A DNA stretch of 64,000 bases from Leptogorgia sarmentosa (Eukaryota): the NCBI GenBank assembly GCA_964658305.1, contig OZ210885.1, forward strand, positions 620,001 to 684,000, written 5' to 3'. Shown here in pieces: positions 1 through 12,893 of the stretch. A program made the position numbers and the translations under genes. The first letter of the stretch is position 1. The number at the start of each line of letters is the position of its first letter. Below the pieces are notes generated by a model. That model made no database searches. It saw only the letters and a program-made list of their open reading frames with translations, and was not told the DNA's origin.

Positions 1-1013
1 CTCTATAAAGCTTACTATATCCTACACGAAGAGTATTTAATAATTATAGAAACTTACCTCAATGTCTGTAGTGAATAAAACAACGTCATTCCAGCTCTGA
101 AATCTGAATTGAAAATTAGCTGCGCTCTTATCTTCACTTATTTTATTGGTATAAATCCGATACGTATTACATCCATATTTGTCACACTTGCCTCTTATTG
201 GGTGAAATAATGTTTTATTTAGGAATTAGTGATCGATAATCACTCCATATCAGTTTACAAATTCTTTGTGTAGTAGTAGCTAGTATATATACATTAATTA
301 GTAGACTGTTTAGAGTTTTTCCCCCCTTAAATGGGATTTCCTTCTGTTCTAGTTAACCATCTAAGTTCATGATGCATTTCATTTTTCCTAGAACTTATCC
401 AACTTTCTGTTGCAGAGCGAAAAAAATTGAACGCTTTGAAAAATACCCGCTTCATGAATTGTTTTGAAATGTAGAACTTAAAAATATTTAACCCTATGAC
501 CGCAACATCGAATAATAGGTTTTTCCCCGCTGATTATCGATCGATTAAACCTCACTTTGATTATTGTTGTGGAGTTTGAGACATTATTCGTAAACTGTTT
601 TCCTCTGCGTAACTCATTAATTGAGTCAGCGTCACAACATTAGATGAAAGTTCGCTTGACTTGAGACACGGCTGCTGACGGACAGATGATATGGATAAAA
701 CCCTGGTTGCATATTAGCATGTGGATATACCAGGTTCAAACTTGGTTAATGCGGGTGAAAATATGAGATATATATTGCTGATTAGCTACAAAGGGTAAAG
801 GAAAGTAGAAGAGAACGTTGAAATGAAATAATAAATTTGCGATCGCAATCATGTTTTATAGGAAAGTGAAGCCTTTAGTGAGATTTAGCTACTTCATGAC
901 TGCTCGAATCTGCTTGAAACTGGTAGCTCAAATCAAACGATTAAAGTTCAATGAATCAATGTGCAAGGCAACTTTGAACCTTGCTAATTAGTTAGGATGC
1001 GCACGCATCTATA

Positions 1014-1062
1014 AACAATGCACAACGCACAATGAACAATGAACAATGAACAATGAACAATG
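1014..1062. repeat. Heptamer microsatellite (AACAATG)n
   Basis: caatgaacaatgaacaatgaacaatgaacaatg plus degenerate flanking units. Confidence 0.8.
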
Positions 1063-2176
1063 CCCAATGCACCTTGTCATAATGTAAAAGAGATCACTAC
1101 GCACATTAGTCAGATAGCTTGTTTTCTGCGCTTGACCGCGTTTCAGCTCCCTAAAGACTTCCTTTCCCGGGAACGTGAGTAACTTTCTTGTATATAAATT
1201 ATAAAATTTTCTCATGAAGCTATGAATTCAGGATAACCTAATACGAGGTGTCTAAATTATTGAGCAGTTTTCGACCACACATGCGTTAACATTCCGGATT
1301 ATTCGTCATTGCGCGCAAGGTGTTCAGTTACAAATACGCAACGACATGCCTTTTCACAGACTTTGAATAAGAAAAGTTTAAAGTGCTTCCTCATGCATGT
1401 TCTTGTCAACATTGTTAAATATCTCATCATTTTCTCCATGATTCTAGAATGGGATATTTTAATGTATTATACCAAATCAATATGGACCGTAAATGTAAAC
1501 AGAGATATGATTTAGTAACACAACACATCTTTTGGATGTTTACTCGCACTTTTGATGCACAAAACAATAGATATCATTTTGCCGTGCCCATGTACTGTAA
1601 TAGATAACGGAGGACCACACAGCGTGAATGAAGACCCTGGGAACGAGGTTGGAAGAACAAAAGGTCACAGCACGAGGGATGGACGAGATATTCAAAATTT
1701 AAACTCAAAGTTCCATTAAGTTAGTGTACGGGTTAGGCATACGTTCTCGCTCCAGTTTCCCGGTCCACTTAGATAATTATTCAAATTTTATAAGAAATAA
1801 AGTGGCCATCCATTTATTACATGAAATTCTTTCAACAGTAAAATTTGCGTTGTTGAAACAAAACTCTTTGAAGTAATCCAGTAATTAAGTAAAACTATAG
1901 CCTATAATAAAAGGCAATGATTATATATTTACGACGTCTAAAGTTATAAGACACAATGACGCAGAAATTCTTATTAATTTACAACAGTTTTCCTTTTCAA
2001 AATGACATAGAATGTTATGATTTAGCCTAATATAAAAGTAGTTGAAATATGTAAGATGTTTGAAAATTGGTAGTTTATTAAAGTGAGTTGGAAAAATGAA
2101 AATAATATGATTGTCCAATAACTCCAATTTTTGTTTTAGGTTAAAACATATTGACAGTAACGGATGATGCAAAGTT

Positions 2177-5100
2177 TTATCGAACCCACAAATTTAATGC
2201 ATATGATTTTTGGATTTCTCCTTTTTCGTAAGAATGGCTGTTGTCAGTGTCGTGGCCAAAATCAAGAAAAATGGTAGTGGACCCACCAAACCTTGCTGCA
2301 CCTTCTTCAGTGATTCCAATACCATGATCTGCTCTGTGACACGAGCTTCCTCCGCCACCAATCATCATCACTGCACCATCACCATCATCCCAATCACACC
2401 AAAATCCAATTTTGTTACTGCTCTGAATATCACTGCTACATCCATACATTTCAAATCCCGACGTGCTCTGATACTGTCCACCATATTTGACATCACAACT
2501 ACCACGACACTGATTATCTGCCCACACAGCTCGGTTACGAAAGTCTCCAAAAGAAGTGATAAATTCACGAAATGTTTTTCCTTTGAGACAATTCCTGGTT
2601 GTTTCCAACAACGCTGTGTGGGAGGGATCGTCGCTTCTCGTAATTTTCAGTTCATTTGCTGGTGTTTTCCAGAAAGCCTCAACAATCATGTCATGATTAG
2701 ATGAAGGATCAAATGTTGAACCGTAATTGGACATTCTGTCAAACCAAAAGCTGGCATCTGTCATCCAATTTTTTCCGTCTTTGTTAGAAAAACGAGCAAC
2801 GAGTGTCCATCCAGAAGGCATCTCACAATATACCGGCTGTTCAACGGGAAACATATATTTAGCAATTATATCAAATATACTTAGTACGTGTAGTACCAAA
2901 TTGGTTATCAGACATCATAAAAATTATGCGGCGAAAAAAGCAAGGTAAATCAGTACACGGTATGACGTAATAATAGGATAAGAACAAAAAAGTGGCCCAT
3001 AAACCACCTGGTATGTTGGTCACTAGCTGGTGTTTTTACCATATTATGACGTCTACCGTGTGTTTACAGCAAAATATCATCTGTTTGTTTTATATTATAA
3101 AACAGGGAAAAGCAAACTGAACAGACACATATCATGGTGGGCTTAATTAAGTGACGTTGAAATATTGAATTTAATAAGTAAAGTTGCACATTTATAACAG
3201 CTTTGGAAGGTGTTGAATTTGCATCTTTGCAATTGAAACTGGTAAAAAACGAGAACTACTGATTTCTAGATTTTTAGATTTTTATAAAAAAAAGACAGAG
3301 CCGTTTTCAATCAAGGCTATCTCATTTTGATCATAGACGTACGGCGCAGGTGCAACATTCTTTCGGGGGGGGGGGGGGGGGCGTCGACCATTTAGAACCT
3401 CTAGATTGCCGGAAACGTCGATTTCAGAGTTCTGACTCCACTTTCTTGGTATGCTCGATCAGGTGGACGAAAAAAGGACTGTTGATATTACCGTGTTCTT
3501 CAGATTTTCGATTTTTCGGCTTTAAATTATTTTTCCTTTGGGGGGGAGGACGTGCCTCCCCTCACTCCCGCCGTTCGTACGGTTATGATCTAGCAAAATG
3601 GCTGTTCAACAGTATTCACGCAGTATACTTTACCAGCAAAGACCCGATTAAATGCGTGCCGCTGGACCGGCCTGGTTCTTCTTGAATTAATGACTTGCAG
3701 CTTGGTCTGTAAATGTCTGAAATTATTATGAGCCCAAAATCACAATTTACGTTGCGGTAATACAACGTACACGGTGCACCCTTCCGGAACAGAGGCATAG
3801 CCGGATTTTTGGCCAACTGGGGCCAGCAATCTAAAGGGGGCCACTCGACTCCCACATAAAAGTGCATGGGATTGGCATAAACAAGCCCCATAACAGCAGT
3901 ACTGCGAATTCGTTTTACCTCTTTGTATCTCTTTTACAAGTTTTCTCAAACTTTCAAACCGTTCAGAAACCTAAAACATGAGTAGTTAACAATTTAATAT
4001 TGGAAAAATCGAGTAAAGAAATATGGCGATAAACTTTAAACAAACCAAGACTGTATCCCGACGTTAAAACATGAGCGGCACGAATTCTACTCATTCACGT
4101 GAACGAAACAATAAAATTATATATACCGATTTCTAATTCTCGATAGTAATTCTCGACGAAGGTTCTTTTCCCGCGGCTTCGAAACGTTGAACCAGTTCAC
4201 TGCGTTGAACTTACTGTATCGATTTTTTGCTGTTGGTTTTCAATATTTTTATTCGCTACCTACACTGGCCACTTATTATATTAATTCAAGTTTGATATCC
4301 TGACGGCCAACAATGAGTGAATGTCATGTGCAGACCAATAGTAAGTGTAGCTACTTGTTTTATAGAGGGTTATCTGAAGAGGCACAGGGGTGTAAACTTA
4401 ATAAGTATAATTATTATAACATTATAGATGGTAAAAGCAATCTGATTGGCTAAGAGCATACAGTTAAATCGCGCAATCACGCAACCTACAGGAAATCCAG
4501 TTATTTGCTAGCAGATAACTGAGTTATCTGAGTTATATGTGCAAAATGAGCCTGTTTTCAGTATGTTTTCATAAATAAAGTTTTTCATGCGTTAATACTT
4601 TGTTTATTATTGTTCAAATGTATAATAAAACAATTATTGTATTCTGATTGAATTATTGAATTAGCGAGTAACCACAATTTCTGCACTCTGCATCGGTGAA
4701 ATTCAGTTAGCTATGCATCATGCATGCATGTTAATTTTCCTCCTCGCGCTGCCAGGAAAGGAGTGAGTAGAAATTTTCTCATTTTTCTGCATCATTGCTG
4801 TGGGGAATTTACAACGCTAAACAAATTATGTTGCCTCAATTGTTTTATCATATCTAAAATCCTACGCTACGTACTCGAATGGCATTTAAATAAACATAAC
4901 ACTCTTGCTTTTTCATCTACCTTTTTGTCTTCAGCCAGAACGTTCCATGTATCGTTTTTTCTGACATGCAAGGATTGATTATCTTTGCGATAGGCTAACA
5001 ATCCAGTAATTGCAGGAATCTTTTGAAAGCTTGGACCGTCTTCAACTACCACCACCTACAGAATTTTGATTATTGTATTCCTTTCTTATTTCTAAATAAT

Positions 5101-8100
5101 ATGTAGTGTATAATAATGTAGTGTACATGTCATTGATGAGAAACATCACATTTTTCTTCTTTTCTATGAGTATCCACGCGGACGACGACACCTCATTGGA
5201 ACCAGCTCTACTGTAGGGGTTACCGCGTATGATATTGTCAAGGGATATTATAACATGCTACTTGAATGATACACACACAGCAAAAAAATATTTGACGTGT
5301 TTCGTGTGACGTGTTGCGTGAAAATATTAAGTACACATGCTGTGATCTAAGCTACGATTAAAATGCTACGATTACTAACACACATGCATGAATTCGAAAG
5401 AGGGAATATTAAGAACATAAGTAACTACGCAAGACACATGTCCCAAATGAAATCTGTTTGAGCAACAAAATGTGATGAAAAACATGTGGTAATTCTCAGA
5501 ACAGCAAAAATTAAATTAAAGTGTAGCTACTTACGCCATCGTTTATAAGAGGTTCATTTTTACCACATCTACCCTATAAATAAAATGACAATTCAAGTTT
5601 GCAAAAAAAACTTATTCAGTTACTGAATAGATAATAAGAAAGTTTCAATGACCAAAACATGGATAGACGAGCCTTACATAAGACTCGAGTTGGACGGAAC
5701 GAAATGCGCGTTGGTGTCACGGGTATATGAGAAATGGCTTGAACGGGGCGGGCTAGGCAGGTTTGTATAAATAGTCAAACTCGTGTCTGAAAATTATGTA
5801 CTATAAAGTCGTGGCGACTAATGTCGCTTATATACGTGAATGGTTCTTTTTCGCTGTTTGCAAGTAACTCGTGTTTTATAATAAGCCACGTACTAGCTAC
5901 TGTATGATATCATCCCATGCAGCTCAATCTGCACAGCAATCAAAAGCAAGAGCAATTGTAACGTAACCAACGACTGCATATCTCATCACAATTAGCATCC
6001 AACCGATGTGATGTTGTGAGAATTTTGATCGAAATGAAAACCATTACCAAGATTTAGAAAGACAAGAATTTACCAACTTACTTTGACAGGAATATTTCTA
6101 TCTCCCACCAATTTATACCAAGCACTATCACCATTTTCGTCTTCACTTTTATATTCCATACATTTCTCCCAAACTTTACGCGGAGGATTTAATCTCACCC
6201 AAAACCAAGCTGAAGCATGTTTCGTTACTGTACCGCCATTTGTGGCTTTACATTCTGGGCGACAATAAATGTCTTTGCCCCCAGGTGGCCCATAACAAGC
6301 ACAACACTATATGATACGACAACAGTGAAATGGTATAGTATTATATATAGGATATTACACGGTTGCGAGAAGATATGGATTTTATGTTCGAGTGGCAAGA
6401 ACAATATCTCACGAGTGAGCGCAGGGAACGAGTGAGATATTGTTCTTGCCACGAGAACATAAAATCCATATCTTCGAGCGAACCGTGTAATGTTCTGTTT
6501 ATTATATGGACTTATTAATACACAACAACTACCCTTTTAATGAAAACATGCAGTCTAAAACACGACATGTACAATTAATGGCGGCTTTAAAATTAGCCTT
6601 TACTAAATATAGATTATAAAATACCGCGGCTTTATTGTAGTTTATTGTAGTTATTGTAGCTTTATTGTTCGTCGCAAAACGTACTGATATCGTCTTCGCT
6701 TAAATTCACAAACCTTGAAGTAGAAGCCATTTGTAAACAGCGAGAAAGGCGGGAAGGTTATGTCACCCCTAAGCGTGACATACGGAAAATACGCGCACCG
6801 TATCCCGGATGTATAGTGGCGTATGAGTTCTACGAGTGTTTTAGTTCCCAATAAAATACCGCTGTCCATATAATAATAGAGAATATTACATGGGTGCGCG
6901 GTCTGAATGTTGGTGTTGGTATCTCACGGGTGAGCGCATGCAGTGAGCGATAAATAATAAGAATATGTACTCAACACAAATGTAACCGAGTAGCTACGCA
7001 TTCATAGAAACCCCGGCGGAACATTTTTGACGTTCTTCAGTATAGGTTTGCTCTGCAGGTAGAAGAAGCGCCTATACTACTATAGCACACTAGTAAAGTC
7101 TAAGTCTTAAAGTCTTGAGGACTTTATTGCGTAGGGGTTTTAATTTTCACTGGGTTACCTTTCCTTTATCGCAGCCAAAGAATGCCGTTGCCCCAGGGTC
7201 AGATTCGTTTGCCGTAACGACATAGCTAAAAATAATAATAAATAAAATAATAAATAAAGCCGTTTAAATTACTGTTTTGTTTCACACTATTGTTCAGTGA
7301 ACTACCGTACCTGAAGCCTCCTGAGAAATAAACTTGTACTGGGTATACTAGGAGATAAGCAAATCCATAAGAACATGGCTTCTCCAGACAAAGGTTCATC
7401 ATAGTCTAAGTTTATAAAGAATACATTGAACGAATGTTTCAATTGATGGCGAGCAATTTTCTCATTAGGACTCCACTTCATTAAAGTGACACCCGCTTCA
7501 CTTCACACTGATATCTACAATTATTGCGAAATTTTTTTTAAGTAGTACACACATGAGTAAACTTTCAGTACAACTTTATCAGACCTTTCACTGATGGCGC
7601 GAAAGAACAACGAATTAATTTTTTTGCTGGCGAAATTTTTTACCAGCGGCCGCGAAATACGCAAGTGGAAAACGGAAAGTAAAGCTAGAAAGCAAGAATG
7701 TTATAATAATAAATCTCATACCCAACCAGTTTGTGCTATAGGATGAGAATAGGGTCCAAATATTGAACATGAAAAGTCTCTCGAGACAATTTCCTCTGTC
7801 ATCAAATCTTTCACATACGATACATCTCCAACACCGGGAAAGTTATAAGGACATCCTCCTTGGTTGACAATCATCAAATCTTTCAGGAACCGTTTGTTTT
7901 TGAACCGAAATGACCTGAAAACGAAACATATGAACTACTCACTAACATCTGCTATTTTCGTCTTTGGAATGGTGGAAAATTTGGATAGTACGTAGCTATA
8001 ATGAAATGCTGCATGTGCAACAATATTGTGGCTTAATTAGACGTTTTTAATTAGGTGAAAGAATTCTACTATAGCTATATTGTTTTTTGTTTGCAGTTTC

Positions 8101-9772
8101 AAATTGCAGTTGTATTCCATTCTATTCACCCAACTCGAATTAGAGAAACGATTTTCATGTTGTCAAAAAACTTTAAAAAGATAAAGTTTGAAGGTTTCGC
8201 TGTATCTTATACATGCATCTGTCGATTTTCAAATTTCCAGTGCAGATGTAAGAACAGTAAGTTAAGAAAGGCCCTTCTTATTAGTACATAATATACTTTC
8301 CAATCTGGCATCCGTTGTCAATTATTTGAAATACATTTACCAATGAGCTATTGTGTTCTCAAAATGGTTATCAGAAGAGACTTGTATTCTCAGGTCTAAA
8401 ACATCCACATCACCAAACTCACTGGACCAATGTGGATGTCCAAACGGTTCGACTGTTTTCTTGTTTGAAGGGACGTTCCAAGTCACTGTGTTGTTCATGT
8501 GAGCGAACAACATATAGCCACCGCCATCAGTAGTCATGTCACAATAAACCTGAGAGTTTAAGGATTAAATGTTGTATTAGAGTGGGACACAAAAGGGGGG
8601 AGGGGCGGGGTCGATTTCACAATTGGACAATTGAGACAAATTACACAAGGATTTAGTTCAAGCAGAAAAGGCTTCTTTCTCCAACTTTCTTAATTTCTTA
8701 ATTTGAAGTTTGCTTGAAATACGAGGAGACCCCCCCCCTTTTTCTGTGTGTCAGATAGTAGCTGTGGTTTCGCCCCCCCCCCCCCCCTTGTTAACTGTCC
8801 CCTATGTATTATGTATGAATTTTAATTGACGAGAAATGACTAATACAAAAATGTAGTGAATTTTCAAGGAGCATAATTTAACAACATTGAATATTAATTA
8901 TTATTGAATATTCTTAACTTTGTCTTTCTTCAAGGAATTTTAAACAATTTGGTAAAGTTCCAATAGGGAAGCTTATACGCAATCATACTCACAGCTCTTA
9001 AATGATAAGGGGGATATTTTAATGCATAAGAACTGATCTACCTTCATCGGTTTTCCTAGGCTAAAGTCAACCCAATAATATCCATCTTTAGCCTTGGTGT
9101 TCTTGTTTAAAATATCTAGACAGTCATAACCAGGGTTGAAATATTCTCCAGGTGGTTTGGAATCTAAGAAACATTTCAAAGTTCAGTCCATGAAATCCAA
9201 GTATACAAGTAAATGCCGCTGGGCAGAAAATTCTAACAATTAACGTAAATTAGTTGCTGAACTTACTGTCTGTGGTCTTCCAGCCATAGATTCCGTTGTC
9301 CTCAGTACAAACTAAAATTGTATCCCTGTTCTCTCGATCTTTTACTAATATCAGATCACCATGAGTTGAATTTGAACAGCTTCCTGGATCATGACTCTTT
9401 CGAATTGTCAGCATCTGTTAGGAAGAACAAATCAATTTCATGTCAGTGCAATAAATTCCAGAATGGAGTTCAATTTCTTTCAAATACACTTTCAAATTAA
9501 TGGTGCATGTTAGTTTACGTGTGTTGCTTCTTGCAAACAATCTTGCAATTGATAATTCCATACGTGCAAGCACAAAACTTAATCTCTCACTCGGCACTCA
9601 CACTGTTGGCTGCAGTTTATCCTAGTGATTATGTTTTTCGAGACAAAAATTGATATGGAAAAGCGACAACTGTGACCTAAACTGAATAATGGTAATTATA
9701 CAACTGACATACCTTAGCGTGAAACAACGAAAGAAGCATCAACAGTTGAGCAACAATCTCGATTTGAGACAT
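2177..9772 (-). CDS. Secreted protein with two fibrinogen-related (FReD/intelectin-like N-terminal) domains and a collagen-trimerization-like linker, ~695 aa, 13 coding exons
   Basis: Exons with GT-AG ends and compatible phases: 9772-9713, 9414-9267, 9163-9042, 8549-8341, 7914-7722, 7405-7311, 7225-7159, 6306-6082, 5573-5535, 5055-4921, 3970-3919, 3716-3634, 2836-2177 (sum 2088 nt = 696 codons). N-terminus MSQIEIVAQLLMLLSLFHA is signal-like. Domain 1: YDCLDIL..KDGYYWV..VYCDMTTDGGGYML. Domain 2: SCKSLI..SGTHLI..VYCEMPSGWTLVARF..IGFWCDWDDGDGAVMMIGGGG. Confidence 0.85.
3332..3587. mobile_element. Degenerate GC-rich MITE-like element in an intron
   Basis: Imperfect TIRs CATAGACGTACG / CGTACGGTTATG with internal poly-G tracts. 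Confidence 0.45.
6340..6955. mobile_element. Non-autonomous DNA element with internal hairpin (possibly Crypton-type), followed by a partial copy
   Basis: Long hairpin 6355-6491 (tggcaagaacaatatctcac / gtgagatattgttcttgcca); inverted ttattatatggac (~6499) and gtccatataataa (~6864); a related fragment lies at ~14275-14353. The superfamily assignment is tentative. Confidence 0.6.
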
Positions 9773-12700
9773 CTAAAAAGATTACAAAAATGTTCCAACT
9801 GTGGATGTTGAATTTTGGTCGCATCGAATGCGTGCGTGTCATGTTTAATATATACTTGTATCTGAACTTAAGGGCGTGTCCAGTGCATAGCTAGCGCGGA
9901 TAATTACATGAAAAGAGTCCGAATTAATACTTTCAATTGCGTTAACGGTGCAATAAGATTCAACGTTTTGACTCATGCATATAAAGCCTTTCGTTGCTAT
10001 TTCTTTACGCCACCAGATTTTTTTTTCTTCAATTCCTAAAAATTATTATAAAATATTTTTACTAATGTCCCAAATTTAATGTAATGTCCACTATTCATGC
10101 AAACGTCCACCTCGGCAGGCACTGCAGGCGGAGGGAAAGCCTGAGCAGGCGTCTTGTTCATTTTCATTACATTCGTTCAAACCTTCATTTTGTTTTTTAA
10201 TTTCCTGCGTAATTCGCGCAACTCGCGTGAAAATCCTCGTGTTTCTATCGTGTTAATCAACCAATCAATGCCCGTGTTTATAAAAGGCTGTTTTATAAAT
10301 TCATCAGTAATTCAATGATATCGACTTACAAGCATAGTTATTTATGTAAGGAAGAATATCATAGGAGATGAATGGGGTTTATTTGTATGGTTTGGTGCCA
10401 AGAACGTGATGAAATCATCATTTGATTTTTACGGCTCAAACTTCAAAGCCCGCGTTTTCCACTCGCGTATTTCGCCCACCGAAAAATTGAATTCCTTGTT
10501 CTTCCCGCCATCAGACAGTGAAAGGTCTGACAAAATTTTAACATTTTCAACAACCAGAGAGGCGGAAAAAATTTCATCACTGGCGAACGAATTTAAAAAC
10601 ATGATTTCCTTGTCAATTTTTTTCGCAGACGGCAGACGACTGCATGCAGACACAGATCGCCGTCTGTGAAATGAAACCATATCATTCGAGAATGCATGGT
10701 AGTGATGGTTACGCAGGTTAATCTCAAATTGAAGAAACACTCCAGGTGTGCAACTTTGAAGTGGCAGCAGTGGATCCTATTTCCGAAGCGATATAATCCA
10801 TTCTGCTCGATTAGATTCATGATTGCACATTTGTTCAACTAAAGAAATTTCGAAGAAATTGAAGCTATTTAAAGCTAAGGAGACAGTACGTATTTCTCTG
10901 AAAATATACGGGCGGTATATTCGCAAGTAAAAATATATAAAGTAGGCTTTAATTGAACGTAATCTCAGAGATACGTTTCGGCCTATTTTACGAGGAGACC
11001 TAAATATAGAACCCGATCTTTGCAGTTAACAAATATTTGAAAACAATGAGTGATATAAAATGCTTTGGGATTTGAATTAACACAGAATAATGCAAAAACT
11101 GACCGAATTTTGCCTGACAACGAATTCCTTCAATACTTTATTAACCTGATAGCTTGCTTACTGCACTTGACCTCGTTTCAGCTCCTCAATTTAGAAGACT
11201 TCCTTTCCACGGAAAACATGACTACAACTCTGCAGTACAAATTCTACTGGTACTAGTTCAACTGATTTTAACAAATACCCATTTATAAGCTCCTGTTGAT
11301 ATGAGAAGCTATGGAAAGTCTCAAACATACAGAAATTATTGCAGAAAACGAGTTACTTGAGCCAGAGTACAAGAAATGAAAATAGTTTGAGCATACAATC
11401 CGTTTAAGTCGTCCTAAAAAATCATTTGTGTCACGAAAGGGGAGACACTATGAATCATGAATATAAAATTCTCAGCTTTGTCTAATATGAATATGAATAT
11501 AAAATTCTCAGCTTAAGAAACATTCCTGTAATTATGGTGTCTCATTTTCTCTCTGCCTTGGCCCTCAAACAAAAGCACTACGGCCTAAAACTTCGGTATA
11601 TATTCTAAGGAAATTATATATAGTAAAACCAACACAGATTAAATATAACAATAATAGCTCACGTTCAATACCATGCAGTATTCCCATTAACTTATATAAA
11701 AGGAGTCCGCCATTATATACACATCCTTAGATGCGCAAGCCATATTATTGCGTTTTATGTACTCTACACATACCGAACTGTACTTATAGCTTTTGTAATA
11801 AAACACTAATATATAGCACTAAAGAGTGAAATAATTTTATAGCGCCACTAATACTGACTAAATAAACTTACTTTGATTTCCAGATGAAGTCAAAACTGAC
11901 AATTAAAGTCTTCCGCGTCCGATTTCCAGCAGCCGAAGTGGAAATCAGCAATTACCCAATGGACTTTTCCTTGTCTTTCGTCGATATTCGGTGTTCATTG
12001 TTGTCATGTACGTATCAGTCTGGAAGATTCTTATTGGCTGAGAGCATGAGTTGTTAATGAGAACTGGAGAAATGCATTCCATCTGGTTACATAACTATAT
12101 ATCTTATGTGGCGTGATCATGAAACGTGATTATTAACACAGCTTATTATCACAGATTTTACAACTCGCCTTAAGATTTTAGAAGTTTTTCCCTGTACTGC
12201 GAAAGAAACAACATGTGATCTGAGAGTATTATTATAGAATGAACACTTGCGGCTTACTATAGAAATTAAAATACAACACTCGCAGACGTAAGTGACGATT
12301 GATGACTGTGAAAGCCATGCTGTTTTCCATGCTTCTGGAAAGAAATGGCATATATGGGCCTAATCAAATATTATTGGAAATATTATCAGGAATGTGGACA
12401 CTTGAGACCTTGGTTGTACTCTTGGTCTGGTCTGATCTGAGTGATCTCTATTTTGAGGTCTTTTGAAAACTAACTCGTGCATGTTAATTCCAAATTGCAC
12501 TCGAAACCATGCTATTACCTGTAGACATGCGCGGTTCGGCCGCGTGCGTATTTACTTTACTGAGCTACCTATGACATTTCGCAACCAAACTTCACATTTT
12601 TTCTAAATTTAAAATGCTCTGTCCAGCTGCGATAATGATTATTAACGAATTTTTGTATTTCAAAAGTATGTTTAATTCAAGGAATGGTCTATTCAAGCTA

Positions 12701-12893
12701 TGAATAAAAACAAAAGAAAACTGAAATTGATCCATCGTGAAACTGTAAAATTTCAACTTTAGACAGAATATCTAGACTGAACCAGAAGTAAAGTTTTTCT
12801 GCATAAATGAGTTGGACTATACTTTAACACACTATTATTTAACCAACTGGTGTGCTACGCATGCACGTTTATAATTTTGAAATTCGTGGTGTT

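Noticed and set aside
52..150. First exon of a gene leaving the window on the minus strand (gag|gtaagt near 57)
   Set aside because: A single donor motif at the window edge; cannot be verified.
10406..10838. Overlapping 81-103 aa ORFs, possible pseudogene or transposon remnant
   Set aside because: No recognisable motif, and in-frame stops on both sides.
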